From the NCBI GenBank assembly GCA_965261975.1, contig CBDHEC010000037.1, positions 1 through 26,513 on the forward strand: a stretch of DNA of 26,513 bases. Reading direction: 5' to 3'. The notes under the pieces are model-generated. The model was given only the letters and a program-made list of their open reading frames with translations. It did no database searches and was not told where the DNA came from. Numbering within the stretch: position 1 is the first letter of the stretch; each line of letters starts with the position of its first letter. The stretch is from Alphaproteobacteria bacterium. Its GTDB lineage: Bacteria; Pseudomonadota; Alphaproteobacteria; UBA6615. The translations under genes and the position numbers were made by a program. Positions 1-9,565 of this stretch are shown here, in pieces.

Positions 1-926
1 ACCAGCGCGGGGACGATGTCAGATCGCAGCCGCATCATCAGTACCTGGCATTCCGGATCACCGAACCGCACGTTGTACTCGAGCAGTTTTGGTTTGCCGC
101 CGTCGAGCATCAGTCCGGCATAGAGCACACCGCGATAGGGATAGCCGTCGGCGGCCATGCCGCGCACGGTCGGCCCGATGATGGTCTCCATCACCTCGGC
201 TTCGAGGGCCGGCGTTAGAGAGGGGGCGGGTGAATAGGCACCCATGCCGCCGGTGTTGGGCCCGGTATCCCCGTCGCCGACAGCCTTGTGGTCCTGCGCG
301 CCCGCCAACGGCAACGCCGTCTCGCCGTCCACGAGCGCGAAGAAAGACAGCTCCTCGCCGGGCAGGAATTCCTCGATGACGAGCTCGGCGCCGGCGTCGC
401 CGAACGCCTTGTCGCCCATCGCCTGATCCACCGCGTCGAGCGCCTCGTCGACCGATTGCGCGACCGTGACACCCTTGCCCGCGGCAAGTCCGTCCGCCTT
501 GACCACGATCGGCGCGCCCTGTTCGCGGATATAGGCCTTGGCCGCGTCGGCATCCGTGAACCGCCCGTAGGCGGCGGTGGGGATGTCGTGCCGGGCGCAC
601 AGATCCTTCATGAAACCCTTGGATCCTTCGAGCATCGCGGCGTCGGCGCGCGGCCCGAAGGCCTTGATGCCCAAGGCGTCGAGACGGTCGACCAGCCCCA
701 GAACCAGCGGGCCTTCCGGGCCGACCACAACCAGGTCAATTGCCTGTTCGGTAGCGAAGGTGACGAGCCCATCCACGTCATCGGCCGCGATCGCAACACA
801 TTCCGCGTCCTGCGCGATGCCGGCATTTCCGGGCGCGCAGTAAAGCGCATCGCACAGCGGAGAGGCGGCGATTGCCCAGCACAGCGCATGTTCGCGCCCG
901 CCACCACCGACAACCAAAATACGCAT
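1..926 (-). CDS. purD: Phosphoribosylamine--glycine ligase (GAR synthetase), 3' end runs off the window
   Basis: Not in the ORF track. Manual translation from ATG 926 gives [15 protein letters not shown]...APGNAG...VVGPEGPL...LEGSKGF...[13 protein letters not shown]...QDHK...[15 protein letters not shown]...[10 protein letters not shown]. An AAGGA Shine-Dalgarno-like site lies upstream. Confidence 0.97.
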   Translation of the reverse strand, partial: MRILVVGGGGREHALCWAIAASPLCDALYCAPGNAGIAQDAECVAIAADDVDGLVTFATEQAIDLVVVGPEGPLVLGLVDRLDALGIKAFGPRADAAMLEGSKGFMKDLCARHDIPTAAYGRFTDADAAKAYIREQGAPIVVKADGLAAGKGVTVAQSVDEALDAVDQAMGDKAFGDAGAELVIEEFLPGEELSFFALVDGETALPLAGAQDHKAVGDGDTGPNTGGMGAYSPAPSLTPALEAEVMETIIGPTVRGMAADGYPYRGVLYAGLMLDGGKPKLLEYNVRFGDPECQVLMMRLRSDIVPAL

Positions 927-990
927 TTGCGCGATCCTTCTTTGCGTCCTTCGTTTCGAGGCCGGCAGTTTGTATCATGGGGGCGATTCG

Positions 991-2544
991 ATGAACCAGA
1001 CGCCCCCCGATACCCACGACCTGCTGGATGCAGAACCCGGCGACAATCAGCCCCCTGTGCTGTCGGTCGGTGAACTGTCCGGTGCGGTCAAGCGCACGGT
1101 TGAGGACAGTTTCGGCTATGTGCGTGTGCGCGGCGAGATCTCCGGGTTCAAGCGTGCCGCCTCCGGGCATCTCTACATGACCCTGAAGGACGCCGACGCG
1201 ACGATCGACGGCGTGTGCTGGCGTGGCTCCGCGGGACGTCTGGAGGTCCAGCCCGAGGACGGGCTGGAAGTGATCGCGACCGGGCGGGTGACCACCTATC
1301 CCGCGCGCTCCAAATACCAGCTGGTGATCGAACGGCTGGAAGTGGCCGGCGAGGGCGCGCTCCTCAAGATGATCGAGGAGCGGCGCAAGCGGCTCGCCGC
1401 CGAGGGCCTGTTCGAGGCCGAACGCAAGGCGGATATTCCCTACCTGCCCGAGGTGATCGGCGTTGTGACGTCGCCGACCGGGGCGGTCATCCGCGATATT
1501 CTGCACCGGCTGGCGGACCGATTCCCGCGCCATGTGCTGGTCTGGCCGGTGTTGGTGCAGGGCGAGAATGCTGCGGCCCAGGTCACCGCGGCCATCGAGG
1601 GGTTCAATGAACTAACACCTGGCGGGCCGGTGCCACGCCCGGACTTGCTGATCGTCGCGCGCGGTGGCGGGTCGCTCGAAGACCTGATGGCGTTCAACGA
1701 GGAGAATGTGGTCCGTGCGGCGGCCGGGAGCGATATTCCGCTCATTTCTGCGGTCGGGCATGAGACCGACACGACCCTGATCGATTTCGCATCCGACAAA
1801 CGCGCACCCACGCCGACGGCCGCCGCGGAAATGGCGGTGCCCGTGCGTAGCGATCTGATCGCGCAGGTCGGCGAGGACGGAGCACGCCTGACCGGTGCTG
1901 TCACCCGGCTGTTGAGAAGTCGCCATCAGGAAGTCACGGCGTTGGGCCGCGGGCTGCCTGCGCCCAGGCGCATTCTCGAAGGCGCGATGCAACGGGTGGA
2001 TGACTGGGCCGAACGGCTTCGTCCGGCCCTGTTGCGTGTGATGGGCTCGAAAGACGAGGCGGTGGCGGCGCAAGGCCGCCAGCTTGTTCAGCCGGGCCAG
2101 TATGTGGAAGCCAAGCGCCGCGACCTGGCGTCAATGGTGGCGCGCCTGTCGGCCGCGAAATCGGCCGGCGACGGCAGAATCGAGCGCGATCTGCGCGATA
2201 CACACTCGCTCGGTGAAAGGCTGAGGCAGGCCGCAGACAGGCGGCTGGCAACTGCCGACGACCGCATCGCGGGTGTCGCGAAGCTCCTGGAGAGCTATTC
2301 CTACAAGGGGGTGCTCGATCGCGGGTTCGTGCTGGTGCGCGATGGCGCCGGGGCGCCGGTGTTGGCCGCGGATTCGCTCGCACCCGGCGACGGTATCTCA
2401 CTCAGTTTTCGCGACGACGGGGTCGTCGGCGCCACGGTCGACAGCGTCGGCGGCACTGCACCGGTTGCCAAACCTCGCAAGCCGAAACAGCCCAAGCCGA
2501 AGAAGAAGGGCCCTGCCGACGATCCGCAAGGCTCGCTGCTGTGA
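991..2544 (+). CDS. xseA: Exodeoxyribonuclease VII large subunit
   Basis: VRGEISG..SGHLY.TLKD OB-fold start, plus GVVTSPTGAVIRDI, IVARGGGSLEDL, SAVGHETD.TLIDF and RAPTPTAAAE. ATG 991 preferred over TTG 970. Confidence 0.96.
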   Translation: MNQTPPDTHDLLDAEPGDNQPPVLSVGELSGAVKRTVEDSFGYVRVRGEISGFKRAASGHLYMTLKDADATIDGVCWRGSAGRLEVQPEDGLEVIATGRVTTYPARSKYQLVIERLEVAGEGALLKMIEERRKRLAAEGLFEAERKADIPYLPEVIGVVTSPTGAVIRDILHRLADRFPRHVLVWPVLVQGENAAAQVTAAIEGFNELTPGGPVPRPDLLIVARGGGSLEDLMAFNEENVVRAAAGSDIPLISAVGHETDTTLIDFASDKRAPTPTAAAEMAVPVRSDLIAQVGEDGARLTGAVTRLLRSRHQEVTALGRGLPAPRRILEGAMQRVDDWAERLRPALLRVMGSKDEAVAAQGRQLVQPGQYVEAKRRDLASMVARLSAAKSAGDGRIERDLRDTHSLGERLRQAADRRLATADDRIAGVAKLLESYSYKGVLDRGFVLVRDGAGAPVLAADSLAPGDGISLSFRDDGVVGATVDSVGGTAPVAKPRKPKQPKPKKKGPADDPQGSLL

Positions 2545-3359
2545 AACTCTGGCTTGCGGCGCTGATCGGGTTGGTCGTGTCGCACGGTGGTTCCGCGGCG
2601 CTCGATCTGCCGGAGACCTTCACGCAAGGTGCGCTGGTAATCGGAAGTACAGAGCCCGGTGCGGTGGTGACGCTCGACGGAAAACCACTGCGTGTCGATC
2701 CGGCGACGGGCCGGTTCGTGTTCGGGGTCGACCGGGATCGCAAGGACGCATTCGCACTGGCTGTCATCTACCGCGACGGACGCCGGGAAATACGAAGCCT
2801 GCCGGTGCGGTCGCGCGACTACGATATCGAGCGGATCGATGGGTTGCCGCCCCGCAAGGTGTCGCCCAATACAACTGATCTGGAAAGAATTCGCCGCGAG
2901 GGGCGACTGATTTCTACCGCACGGGCGGGCGATAGCGAGAACCCTTTCTTCGAGGCCGGGTTTGCCTGGCCGGTGACCGGCCGGATCAGCGGCCGCTATG
3001 GCAACCAGCGCATTCTCAACGGAAAGCCGCGCCGGCCCCATCTGGGAATCGACATCGCCGCGCCGCGCGGAACGCCCGTTCTGGCGTCAGCGCCCGGCGT
3101 GGTGGTGCTGGCGCAATCCGATCTGTTCTACACCGGCGGCACGGTCGTGGTGGACCATGGGCACGGGCTGACGACGATCTACTCGCACCTCGAACGCGTC
3201 GATGTCGAAAACGGGCAACAGGTTGCAACGGGGTTGCAGGTCGGGACCGTGGGGTCCACCGGGCGCTCGACAGGCCCGCATCTCGACTGGCGTATCAACT
3301 GGTTCGATGTGCGCCTGGACCCCGAGCTTATCGCCGGCCCGATGCCGGTGACCCGCTAG
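2541..3359 (+). CDS. Exported M23 (LytM-type) metallopeptidase family protein
   Basis: N-terminal signal-like segment, WPVTGRISGRYG, HLGID (HxxxD), VDHGHGL.TIYSHL and G.TGRSTGPHLDW. GTG start overlaps the xseA stop (GTGA). Confidence 0.9.
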   Translation: MKLWLAALIGLVVSHGGSAALDLPETFTQGALVIGSTEPGAVVTLDGKPLRVDPATGRFVFGVDRDRKDAFALAVIYRDGRREIRSLPVRSRDYDIERIDGLPPRKVSPNTTDLERIRREGRLISTARAGDSENPFFEAGFAWPVTGRISGRYGNQRILNGKPRRPHLGIDIAAPRGTPVLASAPGVVVLAQSDLFYTGGTVVVDHGHGLTTIYSHLERVDVENGQQVATGLQVGTVGSTGRSTGPHLDWRINWFDVRLDPELIAGPMPVTR

Positions 3360-4336
3360 CGCGTTGCTGCATTGATTTTCTTGGCAAGAAAATCTTCCAA
3401 TGCAGCGGGGTCGTCCCAGACGAATTTCACCGGCAAGGCCGTTACCCTGTCTTTAAAACTGGAAGGTACCCGCACGGCATCTTTTTCCGTGGTGACCGGT
3501 GTCGCGTCGCGGGCGTCAGCTTCGGCGCAGATTTTCGCGATTTCGCCTTGTGAGTATGCGTGGTGATCTGCGAAGGCGTGTGACGCGACGACCTCGCAGC
3601 CAATCCTGTCGAGCGTGTCGAAGAACTTTTCCGGCCGACCGATTCCGGCGAATGCCACGACACGGCGTCCGGACCATTCCGCATTGTCGACGGCGGCCAG
3701 GATGCGCCCGGAGAGGATGGGCAACGAGGCCCGCGTTTTCTTTTTTGCAGTGCCGGTGAGATCATCGCCGACGATGACCATGGCATCGGCGCGCGCCAAT
3801 CCCTGCACCAGCGGTTCGCGGAGCGGTCCGGCAGGTATGATCTGGCCGTTGCCGAAGCCAGTCTCGCCGTCGACCACGACGATTCCGACGTCCTTGGTCA
3901 GGGAGGGGTTTTGAAAGCCGTCATCCATCACGATCAGTTGTGCCCCGTCCTTGATCGCGGCGGCAGCGCCGGCTGCCCGGTCGCGGGCGACCCATGTCGG
4001 TGCGTTTCGTGCCAGCAACAAAGCCTCGTCGCCGACGTCGGCCGATGTGTGGAACTGGGGGGAGACGCGTACCGGACCGGCCAGGCGACCGCCATAACCA
4101 CGTGTCAGGAATACCAGGCCGTCATGCTCCAGGGTTTCGGCGATACTCAAGGCCACCGGCGTCTTGCCGGCGCCGCCGGCAACCAGATTGCCGACACAAA
4201 CAACAGTGGCATCGACGCGCGCGGGCTTGGCGCGGGATCTCCTGAACGCGCCGGCCAGCCGATAGGCATAACCGAGCGGGCTGAGCAGCTTGCCCAGCGG
4301 CGCGTTCGGTTGGGACCAGAATTCAGGCGCTTTCAT
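3356..4336 (-). CDS. lpxK: Tetraacyldisaccharide 4'-kinase
   Basis: VGNLVAGGAGKTP, LTRGYGG, GDEALLL, MDDGFQ, PAGPLRE, AFAGIGRPEKFF, F.DHH and TTEKDAVR. Start is ATG 4336 or GTG 4339, both overlapping the waaA stop. Confidence 0.96.
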   Translation of the reverse strand: MKAPEFWSQPNAPLGKLLSPLGYAYRLAGAFRRSRAKPARVDATVVCVGNLVAGGAGKTPVALSIAETLEHDGLVFLTRGYGGRLAGPVRVSPQFHTSADVGDEALLLARNAPTWVARDRAAGAAAAIKDGAQLIVMDDGFQNPSLTKDVGIVVVDGETGFGNGQIIPAGPLREPLVQGLARADAMVIVGDDLTGTAKKKTRASLPILSGRILAAVDNAEWSGRRVVAFAGIGRPEKFFDTLDRIGCEVVASHAFADHHAYSQGEIAKICAEADARDATPVTTEKDAVRVPSSFKDRVTALPVKFVWDDPAALEDFLAKKINAATR

Positions 4337-5655
4337 CACGCGCTCGAAATGGCATTTGCGATCAACGGTTGCAAGCGGCGCATGACCAGGTCGATGACTT
4401 CCTGTTTGCGGCCTGCTGCACCTGCCGCCGCATCTGCCATCGCGTCTGCGCGCGCGGGCGACGCCAGCAACTCGCCGACGGCCTTTTGCAGCGCGTCACC
4501 GTCGGCGACTTCCAGGCTCGCCCCGGCGTCTTGTAGCTCGCTCGCGATCGAACGGAAGTTATCAATATGCGGACCATAGAGAACCGCGCTGCGCAATTGC
4601 GCGGCTTCCAGCATGTTCTGTCCACCGTGGGGAATCAGCGACCCGCCGATGAAGGCAATGGGCGCGACACGGTAGAGCTGTCCGAGGAGCCCGGTGCCAT
4701 CAGCGAGGTAGATATTGGTCTCGGGCGTGATTGGCTCACCGCGCGACCAGCGCGCGACGGACAGGCCGGACTGGGTCAAAGTCTGCTCGACCTCGTCACC
4801 CCGCTGGGGATGGCGCGGCGCAAGCAAGGTCAGGAGACCGGGGTGCTTGCCTGCGAGGCCCCGATGCACCGCGCCGACAATGTCCTCTTCGCCGCGGTGG
4901 GTGCTGGCCGCGACCCATGCCGGGCGATCGCCGATGGCCTCCTGTAATTCGATGAGCGACGCGGCGGTTGCCGGCAAGGGGGCCGCCGCCAGTTTCAGAT
5001 TGCCGGTCACCGAGACGTTATGTGCCCCCAGCGACTCCAACCGCGCGGCGATCTCCTGATCCTGCGCCAGAATCGTGCCGAAGCACGACAAGAGTTCGTG
5101 GGCGAGTTTGGGTGCTCGCGCCCAACTGGCGCGTGAGCTCTCCGACATGCGTGCGTTGACCAGCGCCAAAGGGATGCCCGCGCGTCGCGATTCGAGCAGC
5201 AGGTTGGGCCAGAGTTCAGACTCGACCCAAAGCGCGGCGTCGGGCCGCCAATATTCGAGGAATCGTCGTACCCATGCCGCCCGATCGACAGGCACGTATT
5301 GATGAATAGCGCGCGGCGGTAGCCGCTCGCCCATCATGCGGGCCGACGTCACGGTGCCGGTGGTCATCAGGAGATTGAGTTCGGGTGCGATCCGCAAAAT
5401 TCGCTCGACGAGCACAAGGACGGACTGGGCCTCGCCGATACTCGCGGCATGAATCCATACGATAGGCCCGGGCGGGCGCTGAATCGAAGGGATGCCGCGG
5501 CGTTCATCGATACGCGGGGCCTCTTCCTTGCCGCGCATCAGGCGGCGCTGGAGCAGGAGTTCGACCAGCGGGAGCCCCGCGGTGGTGACACCGCGATACA
5601 GACTTGTGGCAAGCGTGGATGTGCCCTTGTCCTGGGGCCGGTCGCCCCCGGTCAT
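4336..5655 (-). CDS. waaA: 3-deoxy-D-manno-octulosonic acid (Kdo) transferase
   Basis: WIHAASIGE, ESELWPNL, NARMS, TGNLK, AASTHRGEE, APRHPQRG and GGSLIPHGGQNMLE. Lies between msbA and lpxK. Confidence 0.96.
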   Translation of the reverse strand: MTGGDRPQDKGTSTLATSLYRGVTTAGLPLVELLLQRRLMRGKEEAPRIDERRGIPSIQRPPGPIVWIHAASIGEAQSVLVLVERILRIAPELNLLMTTGTVTSARMMGERLPPRAIHQYVPVDRAAWVRRFLEYWRPDAALWVESELWPNLLLESRRAGIPLALVNARMSESSRASWARAPKLAHELLSCFGTILAQDQEIAARLESLGAHNVSVTGNLKLAAAPLPATAASLIELQEAIGDRPAWVAASTHRGEEDIVGAVHRGLAGKHPGLLTLLAPRHPQRGDEVEQTLTQSGLSVARWSRGEPITPETNIYLADGTGLLGQLYRVAPIAFIGGSLIPHGGQNMLEAAQLRSAVLYGPHIDNFRSIASELQDAGASLEVADGDALQKAVGELLASPARADAMADAAAGAAGRKQEVIDLVMRRLQPLIANAISSA

Positions 5656-7481
5656 CCGTGCGCGCGTTCGGCGTCCGGCGCGCCGCCGTTTTCGGGCGCG
5701 GGCGGGCTGTCGGATGGTCCGGCTTCACGGAATTGCAGGCGGCTCAGCCGCGCATACAGGCCGTCACGCGCCTGGAGTTCGGCATGGGTGCCGGTCTCGA
5801 CAACTCGGCCGTCGTCCATCACCAGAATCTGGTCGGCGTTCATGACCGTCGCGAGGCGGTGGGCGATAACGAGCGTCGTGCGGTCGGCCGTCAATCGGTC
5901 GAGCGCGATCTGTACCTGTTGCTCGGATTCCGCATCCAGCGCGCTTGTTGCCTCGTCGAGCAGGAGGATGGGGGCGTTCTTGAGCATCGCGCGTGCGATG
6001 GCCACGCGTTGGCGTTCGCCGCCGGACAGGGATGATCCGCGATCCCCGACCAGAGTCTCGTATCCGTCGGGCAATGCCGAGACGAATTCGTGGGCCGCAG
6101 CATTGCGCGCCGCGGTGATGACCTCTTCGTCGGTGGCGTCGGGCCGGCCGAAGCGGATATTGGCGGCGACGGAATCGTTGAACAGGGTGATGTCCTGGCT
6201 GACGAGCGCGATATTGTCGCGCAGGCTGGACATGGTCAGGTTCCGCACATCCTGCCCGTCGATGGCGACGGTGCCGGAATCGATGTCATGGAAGCGGAGC
6301 AGCAGGTTCATGACCGTGGATTTGCCCGCGCCGCTGGGGCCAACCAACGCCACGGTCTGGCCGGCCGGGATGCTCAGATCCACCTCGCTGAGGGCGGGTT
6401 TGTCCGGTGTATACGCGAACGTCACCTTGTCGAAAGTGACGTTGCCGCCGCGCATGGCCAGTTCCTGTGCATCCGGGGCATCGAAGATACGGGCGGGGGT
6501 GTCGAGCAGATCGAAACTGCGCTGGACGGCCGCCAGCCCCTCTTGCAGGGCGGCGTTCAGGTTGCCCAGGCTGCGGATTGGCTGGTAGGCCAGAATCACG
6601 GCCGCCAGGAAGCCCACAAACTCGCCCAGCGTTCCGGTGCCGGACAGGATGCGCCATCCGCCATAGGCCAGAACGGCGGCGACGGACACGCCGCCCAGGG
6701 TTTCGAGGATCGGATAGGTCCGTGCCCGGCCCTTCACCGTTTTCATGACCAGATGATAAATCCGGTCGAAGAGTTCGTTCGCCCGGCCACGTTCGTAGTC
6801 TTCCATCCGATAGGACTTGATCAAGCGAATGCCCGAGAAGGCCTGCTCGAGGTTGGATGTCAGATCGCCCATCCCGGTCTGGGCATTGTTCGAGGCGCGG
6901 CGCAGGCGCCGCCCGATTCGGATGATCGGCCGTCCGGCCAGCGGAAAGGTGACGATGACGATAATCGCGAGCAGCCAGTCGAGATAGAACATCATGCCGA
7001 TCAGCGCTGCGGCGGTGACGAAGTCGCGCGCCATGGCCGTCAGCGTTCGCGACAGGGCGTCGCGCATGAGGTTCACGTCGTTGGTAAAACGCGAAATGAG
7101 TTTGCCCGTCGATGTTTCGTGATGGGCTTGCAAGTCGGCATCCATCAGGTGCGAGAACATCGCCTTCTGGATCGCGTTGATGACTCGCAAGGCGACCGAC
7201 TGGCTGAGGACGCTTTGACCATAGGAGGCCAGGCCCTTGGTGAAGGTCACCAGAATGATCGCGAGCGGCATCAGCCAGACAACATTCGCGTTCTTGGCTT
7301 CGAGCATATCGACAGACGTCTCGATCAGCTTGGGGTAGGCGGCAGATGCGCCCGCCACGACGATCATCAGCGCCACCGCCATGGCGACCCGGGCCTTGTA
7401 GGCGCTCATCCAGTCGCGCCACATCCGGCCAATCAGGTGGCCCGTGGTGTCGGTCCGGGGATTCTGTTCGGAATCCTGCAT
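5652..7481 (-). CDS. msbA: Lipid A export ABC transporter, fused permease/ATPase (MsbA-like)
   Basis: N-terminal transmembrane domain, Walker A GPSGAGKST, signature LSGGERQR, Walker B ILLLDEATSALD and H-loop IAHRL. Stop overlaps the waaA start. The gene name rests on this context. Confidence 0.85.
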   Translation of the reverse strand: MQDSEQNPRTDTTGHLIGRMWRDWMSAYKARVAMAVALMIVVAGASAAYPKLIETSVDMLEAKNANVVWLMPLAIILVTFTKGLASYGQSVLSQSVALRVINAIQKAMFSHLMDADLQAHHETSTGKLISRFTNDVNLMRDALSRTLTAMARDFVTAAALIGMMFYLDWLLAIIVIVTFPLAGRPIIRIGRRLRRASNNAQTGMGDLTSNLEQAFSGIRLIKSYRMEDYERGRANELFDRIYHLVMKTVKGRARTYPILETLGGVSVAAVLAYGGWRILSGTGTLGEFVGFLAAVILAYQPIRSLGNLNAALQEGLAAVQRSFDLLDTPARIFDAPDAQELAMRGGNVTFDKVTFAYTPDKPALSEVDLSIPAGQTVALVGPSGAGKSTVMNLLLRFHDIDSGTVAIDGQDVRNLTMSSLRDNIALVSQDITLFNDSVAANIRFGRPDATDEEVITAARNAAAHEFVSALPDGYETLVGDRGSSLSGGERQRVAIARAMLKNAPILLLDEATSALDAESEQQVQIALDRLTADRTTLVIAHRLATVMNADQILVMDDGRVVETGTHAELQARDGLYARLSRLQFREAGPSDSPPAPENGGAPDAERAHG

Positions 7482-7662
7482 GTTGCGGTTACTGCCGCCT
7501 CCGTTGATCGCCTGTCGAATCGGGCCATATGCGCCGTCGTCGATGCAAGCCTAGCATGGCTCAATTCACCGTGCGTCGGCCAAGGCCAGACAAGCCTGTT
7601 GCGATTCCTGCTGCGGTGGTAAAGCTAGCCTGATTGCGAACGGTGCGATCAGCGAGGGATAT

Positions 7663-8499
7663 ATGTCGGCAGCCGAGAATCTTGGCGAACTTCTACACAG
7701 GAATTGCCCGAATTGCGAAACCGACAATTCGAGCCGGCCTGCGCTCGACTATTCGTGGCAGGATTGGAAGCTCCGAAAATGTGGCGCCTGCGGGTTCGTT
7801 TATCTTGAGAACCCGCCGGATTATGCGGATTTCAAGGTGGCGTTCGCCTGGGAGAAGAACCATGGCGACCGCAAGGTGCGGATGCGCAAGGAATATCCCC
7901 TGGCCTATGGCATTTCGCGCGCCTGGCGAAAATTCTATCGCTGGGCCGTCCGCAAGCCTGACAAACTGATCAAGCGTATCAACAAATGGGTGCCGCCGGG
8001 CCTGGTGATCGACGTCGGCTGCGGCAACGCGGACCGGCTGCTGAGCCTGCCCGAGCACTACCAGACCAGTGGCATCGAGATCTCCAAGGCGCTGGCCGAG
8101 GAGGCGCAGGCGCTCCTGGCGACCCGTGGCGGCACCATCACCAACCTGCCGGCCGTCGAGGGCCTGGCGAGTTACGAGGCCGGCACGGCGAGCGGTGTCC
8201 TCATGCGCTCCTTCCTCGAACATGAACACAAGCCGGTCGAGCTGTTGTCCCATGCCGCGCGCGTGCTCCAACCAGGGGGTGTGGCCATCATCAAGGTCCC
8301 GAACTTCTCGAGCATAAACCGGCGGGTCATGGGGTCGCGCTGGTGCGGTTTCCGGTTTCCTGGCCATGTGAATCATTTCACGCCGGCGAGCCTGCGCGCG
8401 ATGGTCTCAGACGCCGGGTTCAACCCCGTCGGGTTCGGGTTCTTCGACAGGTTTCCGCTGAGTGACAATATGTGGATGGTGGTGCGCAAGGACGGCTGA
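7663..8499 (+). CDS. Class I SAM-dependent methyltransferase with N-terminal Cys4 zinc-ribbon-like region
   Basis: CPNC...CGACG at the N-terminus, motif I VIDVGCGNA, FLEH..KP, and LQPGGVAIIKVPN. GAGGG Shine-Dalgarno-like site upstream. Confidence 0.85.
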   Translation: MSAAENLGELLHRNCPNCETDNSSRPALDYSWQDWKLRKCGACGFVYLENPPDYADFKVAFAWEKNHGDRKVRMRKEYPLAYGISRAWRKFYRWAVRKPDKLIKRINKWVPPGLVIDVGCGNADRLLSLPEHYQTSGIEISKALAEEAQALLATRGGTITNLPAVEGLASYEAGTASGVLMRSFLEHEHKPVELLSHAARVLQPGGVAIIKVPNFSSINRRVMGSRWCGFRFPGHVNHFTPASLRAMVSDAGFNPVGFGFFDRFPLSDNMWMVVRKDG

Positions 8500-8532
8500 G
8501 CCGCGCTGCGCCTTCGACGAGGAGAAGCTGAC

Positions 8533-9078
8533 ATGACGCGTATCAAGATTATCGACCGGGCCGACATGAACGCCGACCAGGCGAAGGTTCATGACGCGGC
8601 CAAGGAAAGCGGCGGTCCTGTCGGCGGGCCGTTCTATGCCTATATCCGCATCCCCGATCTTTTTCAGGTGGCACAGGACATGCGCGATACGCTCGGCGCA
8701 GGGCCGCTTACGGAGCGCGAACGGCTGATCGTGTTCATGGTCGTCGCGCGGCACTGGAACGCGCGGTATCCGTGGTTTGCCCAGTCGCGCAACGCGCTGG
8801 CGGTCGGTATCGAGCGCGAGATCGTCGACGCGATCAATAACCGCGAGACGCCCGTCCTGGCCGATGCTCGCGAGCGCACCTGTTACGAGGTCGCGCGCGA
8901 GTTGATGGAATCGAACAAGCTCAGCGACGGCGCCTACGCGGCTGCCGAAGACGTGATGGGCGAGACCGACCTGATCGGGCTGGTCGCGGCCTCAGGCCAG
9001 TTCGTCATGACCTGTTGCACGGCGAACGCCTTCGAGGTGGACCCGCCGGCCGACGAGCCCGCGCCGCTGCGCGTCTGA
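8533..9078 (+). CDS. Carboxymuconolactone decarboxylase / AhpD-like family protein
   Basis: 181 aa with the family-like pattern GPF....P.L...L..RER......AR.W....W......A...G and a helical C-terminal half. Strong GAGGAG Shine-Dalgarno site. Confidence 0.75.
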   Translation: MTRIKIIDRADMNADQAKVHDAAKESGGPVGGPFYAYIRIPDLFQVAQDMRDTLGAGPLTERERLIVFMVVARHWNARYPWFAQSRNALAVGIEREIVDAINNRETPVLADARERTCYEVARELMESNKLSDGAYAAAEDVMGETDLIGLVAASGQFVMTCCTANAFEVDPPADEPAPLRV

Positions 9079-9148
9079 GGGCGTCTTCCGACGCGTCGAC
9101 ACCCACGCGTTGCCATTTGCGGGGTGCCGGGCGCCAAGGTCCTTCGGA

Positions 9149-9565
9149 CTAGAAACTTCCCGGCGCGAAGAACTCGACGATGCCGATGATCGATGCGAGC
9201 AGCAGCACGATCCAGTTCATGGCGATGCCACTGGCCCGGTTGAAGCTCTCGGCGTTGCCCATCAGGCCGATGGCATGAAGGCTGCGCGCGATCAAAACGA
9301 TCGCCCCGAGTACGCCGACGATGATCGGGTGCACGCCAACCATTTCGACCAGCCCCAGGATGATCACCGTCGCCGGGACCCATTCCGAATGGTTGGCATG
9401 GGCGCGGATGCGGCGAATGAGCTGGTCATCGCCATTGTCGCCCCAGGCTACGTTGATCTTGTTGCGATACAGGCTGACCCGAAGGCCGAGAACGAGCTTC
9501 ATCAACACCAGCAAGGATGAGACGAACAGCGTGATAAACGGTGCTTCTGCAGCGAAAGATTCCAT
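9149..9565 (-). CDS. MAPEG family membrane protein (YecN-like), paralog A
   Basis: Four hydrophobic segments, RAHANxxEWVP and ARxLHAxG. ATG 9565 gives 138 aa, colinear with paralog B. Confidence 0.88.
   Translation of the reverse strand: MESFAAEAPFITLFVSSLLVLMKLVLGLRVSLYRNKINVAWGDNGDDQLIRRIRAHANHSEWVPATVIILGLVEMVGVHPIIVGVLGAIVLIARSLHAIGLMGNAESFNRASGIAMNWIVLLLASIIGIVEFFAPGSF

Noticed and set aside
5449-7622. Long plus-strand ORFs (379 aa and 510 aa) antisense to msbA, and similar shadows over purD, pmbA, emrB and coxA
   Set aside because: They have no recognisable motifs. Stop-poor antisense frames are expected opposite GC-rich genes.
9079-9148. Intrinsic terminator between the convergent CMD-like and MAPEG A genes
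   Set aside because: Only short, weak stems (e.g. GTCC-TTC-GGAC) are present and there is no U-tract.
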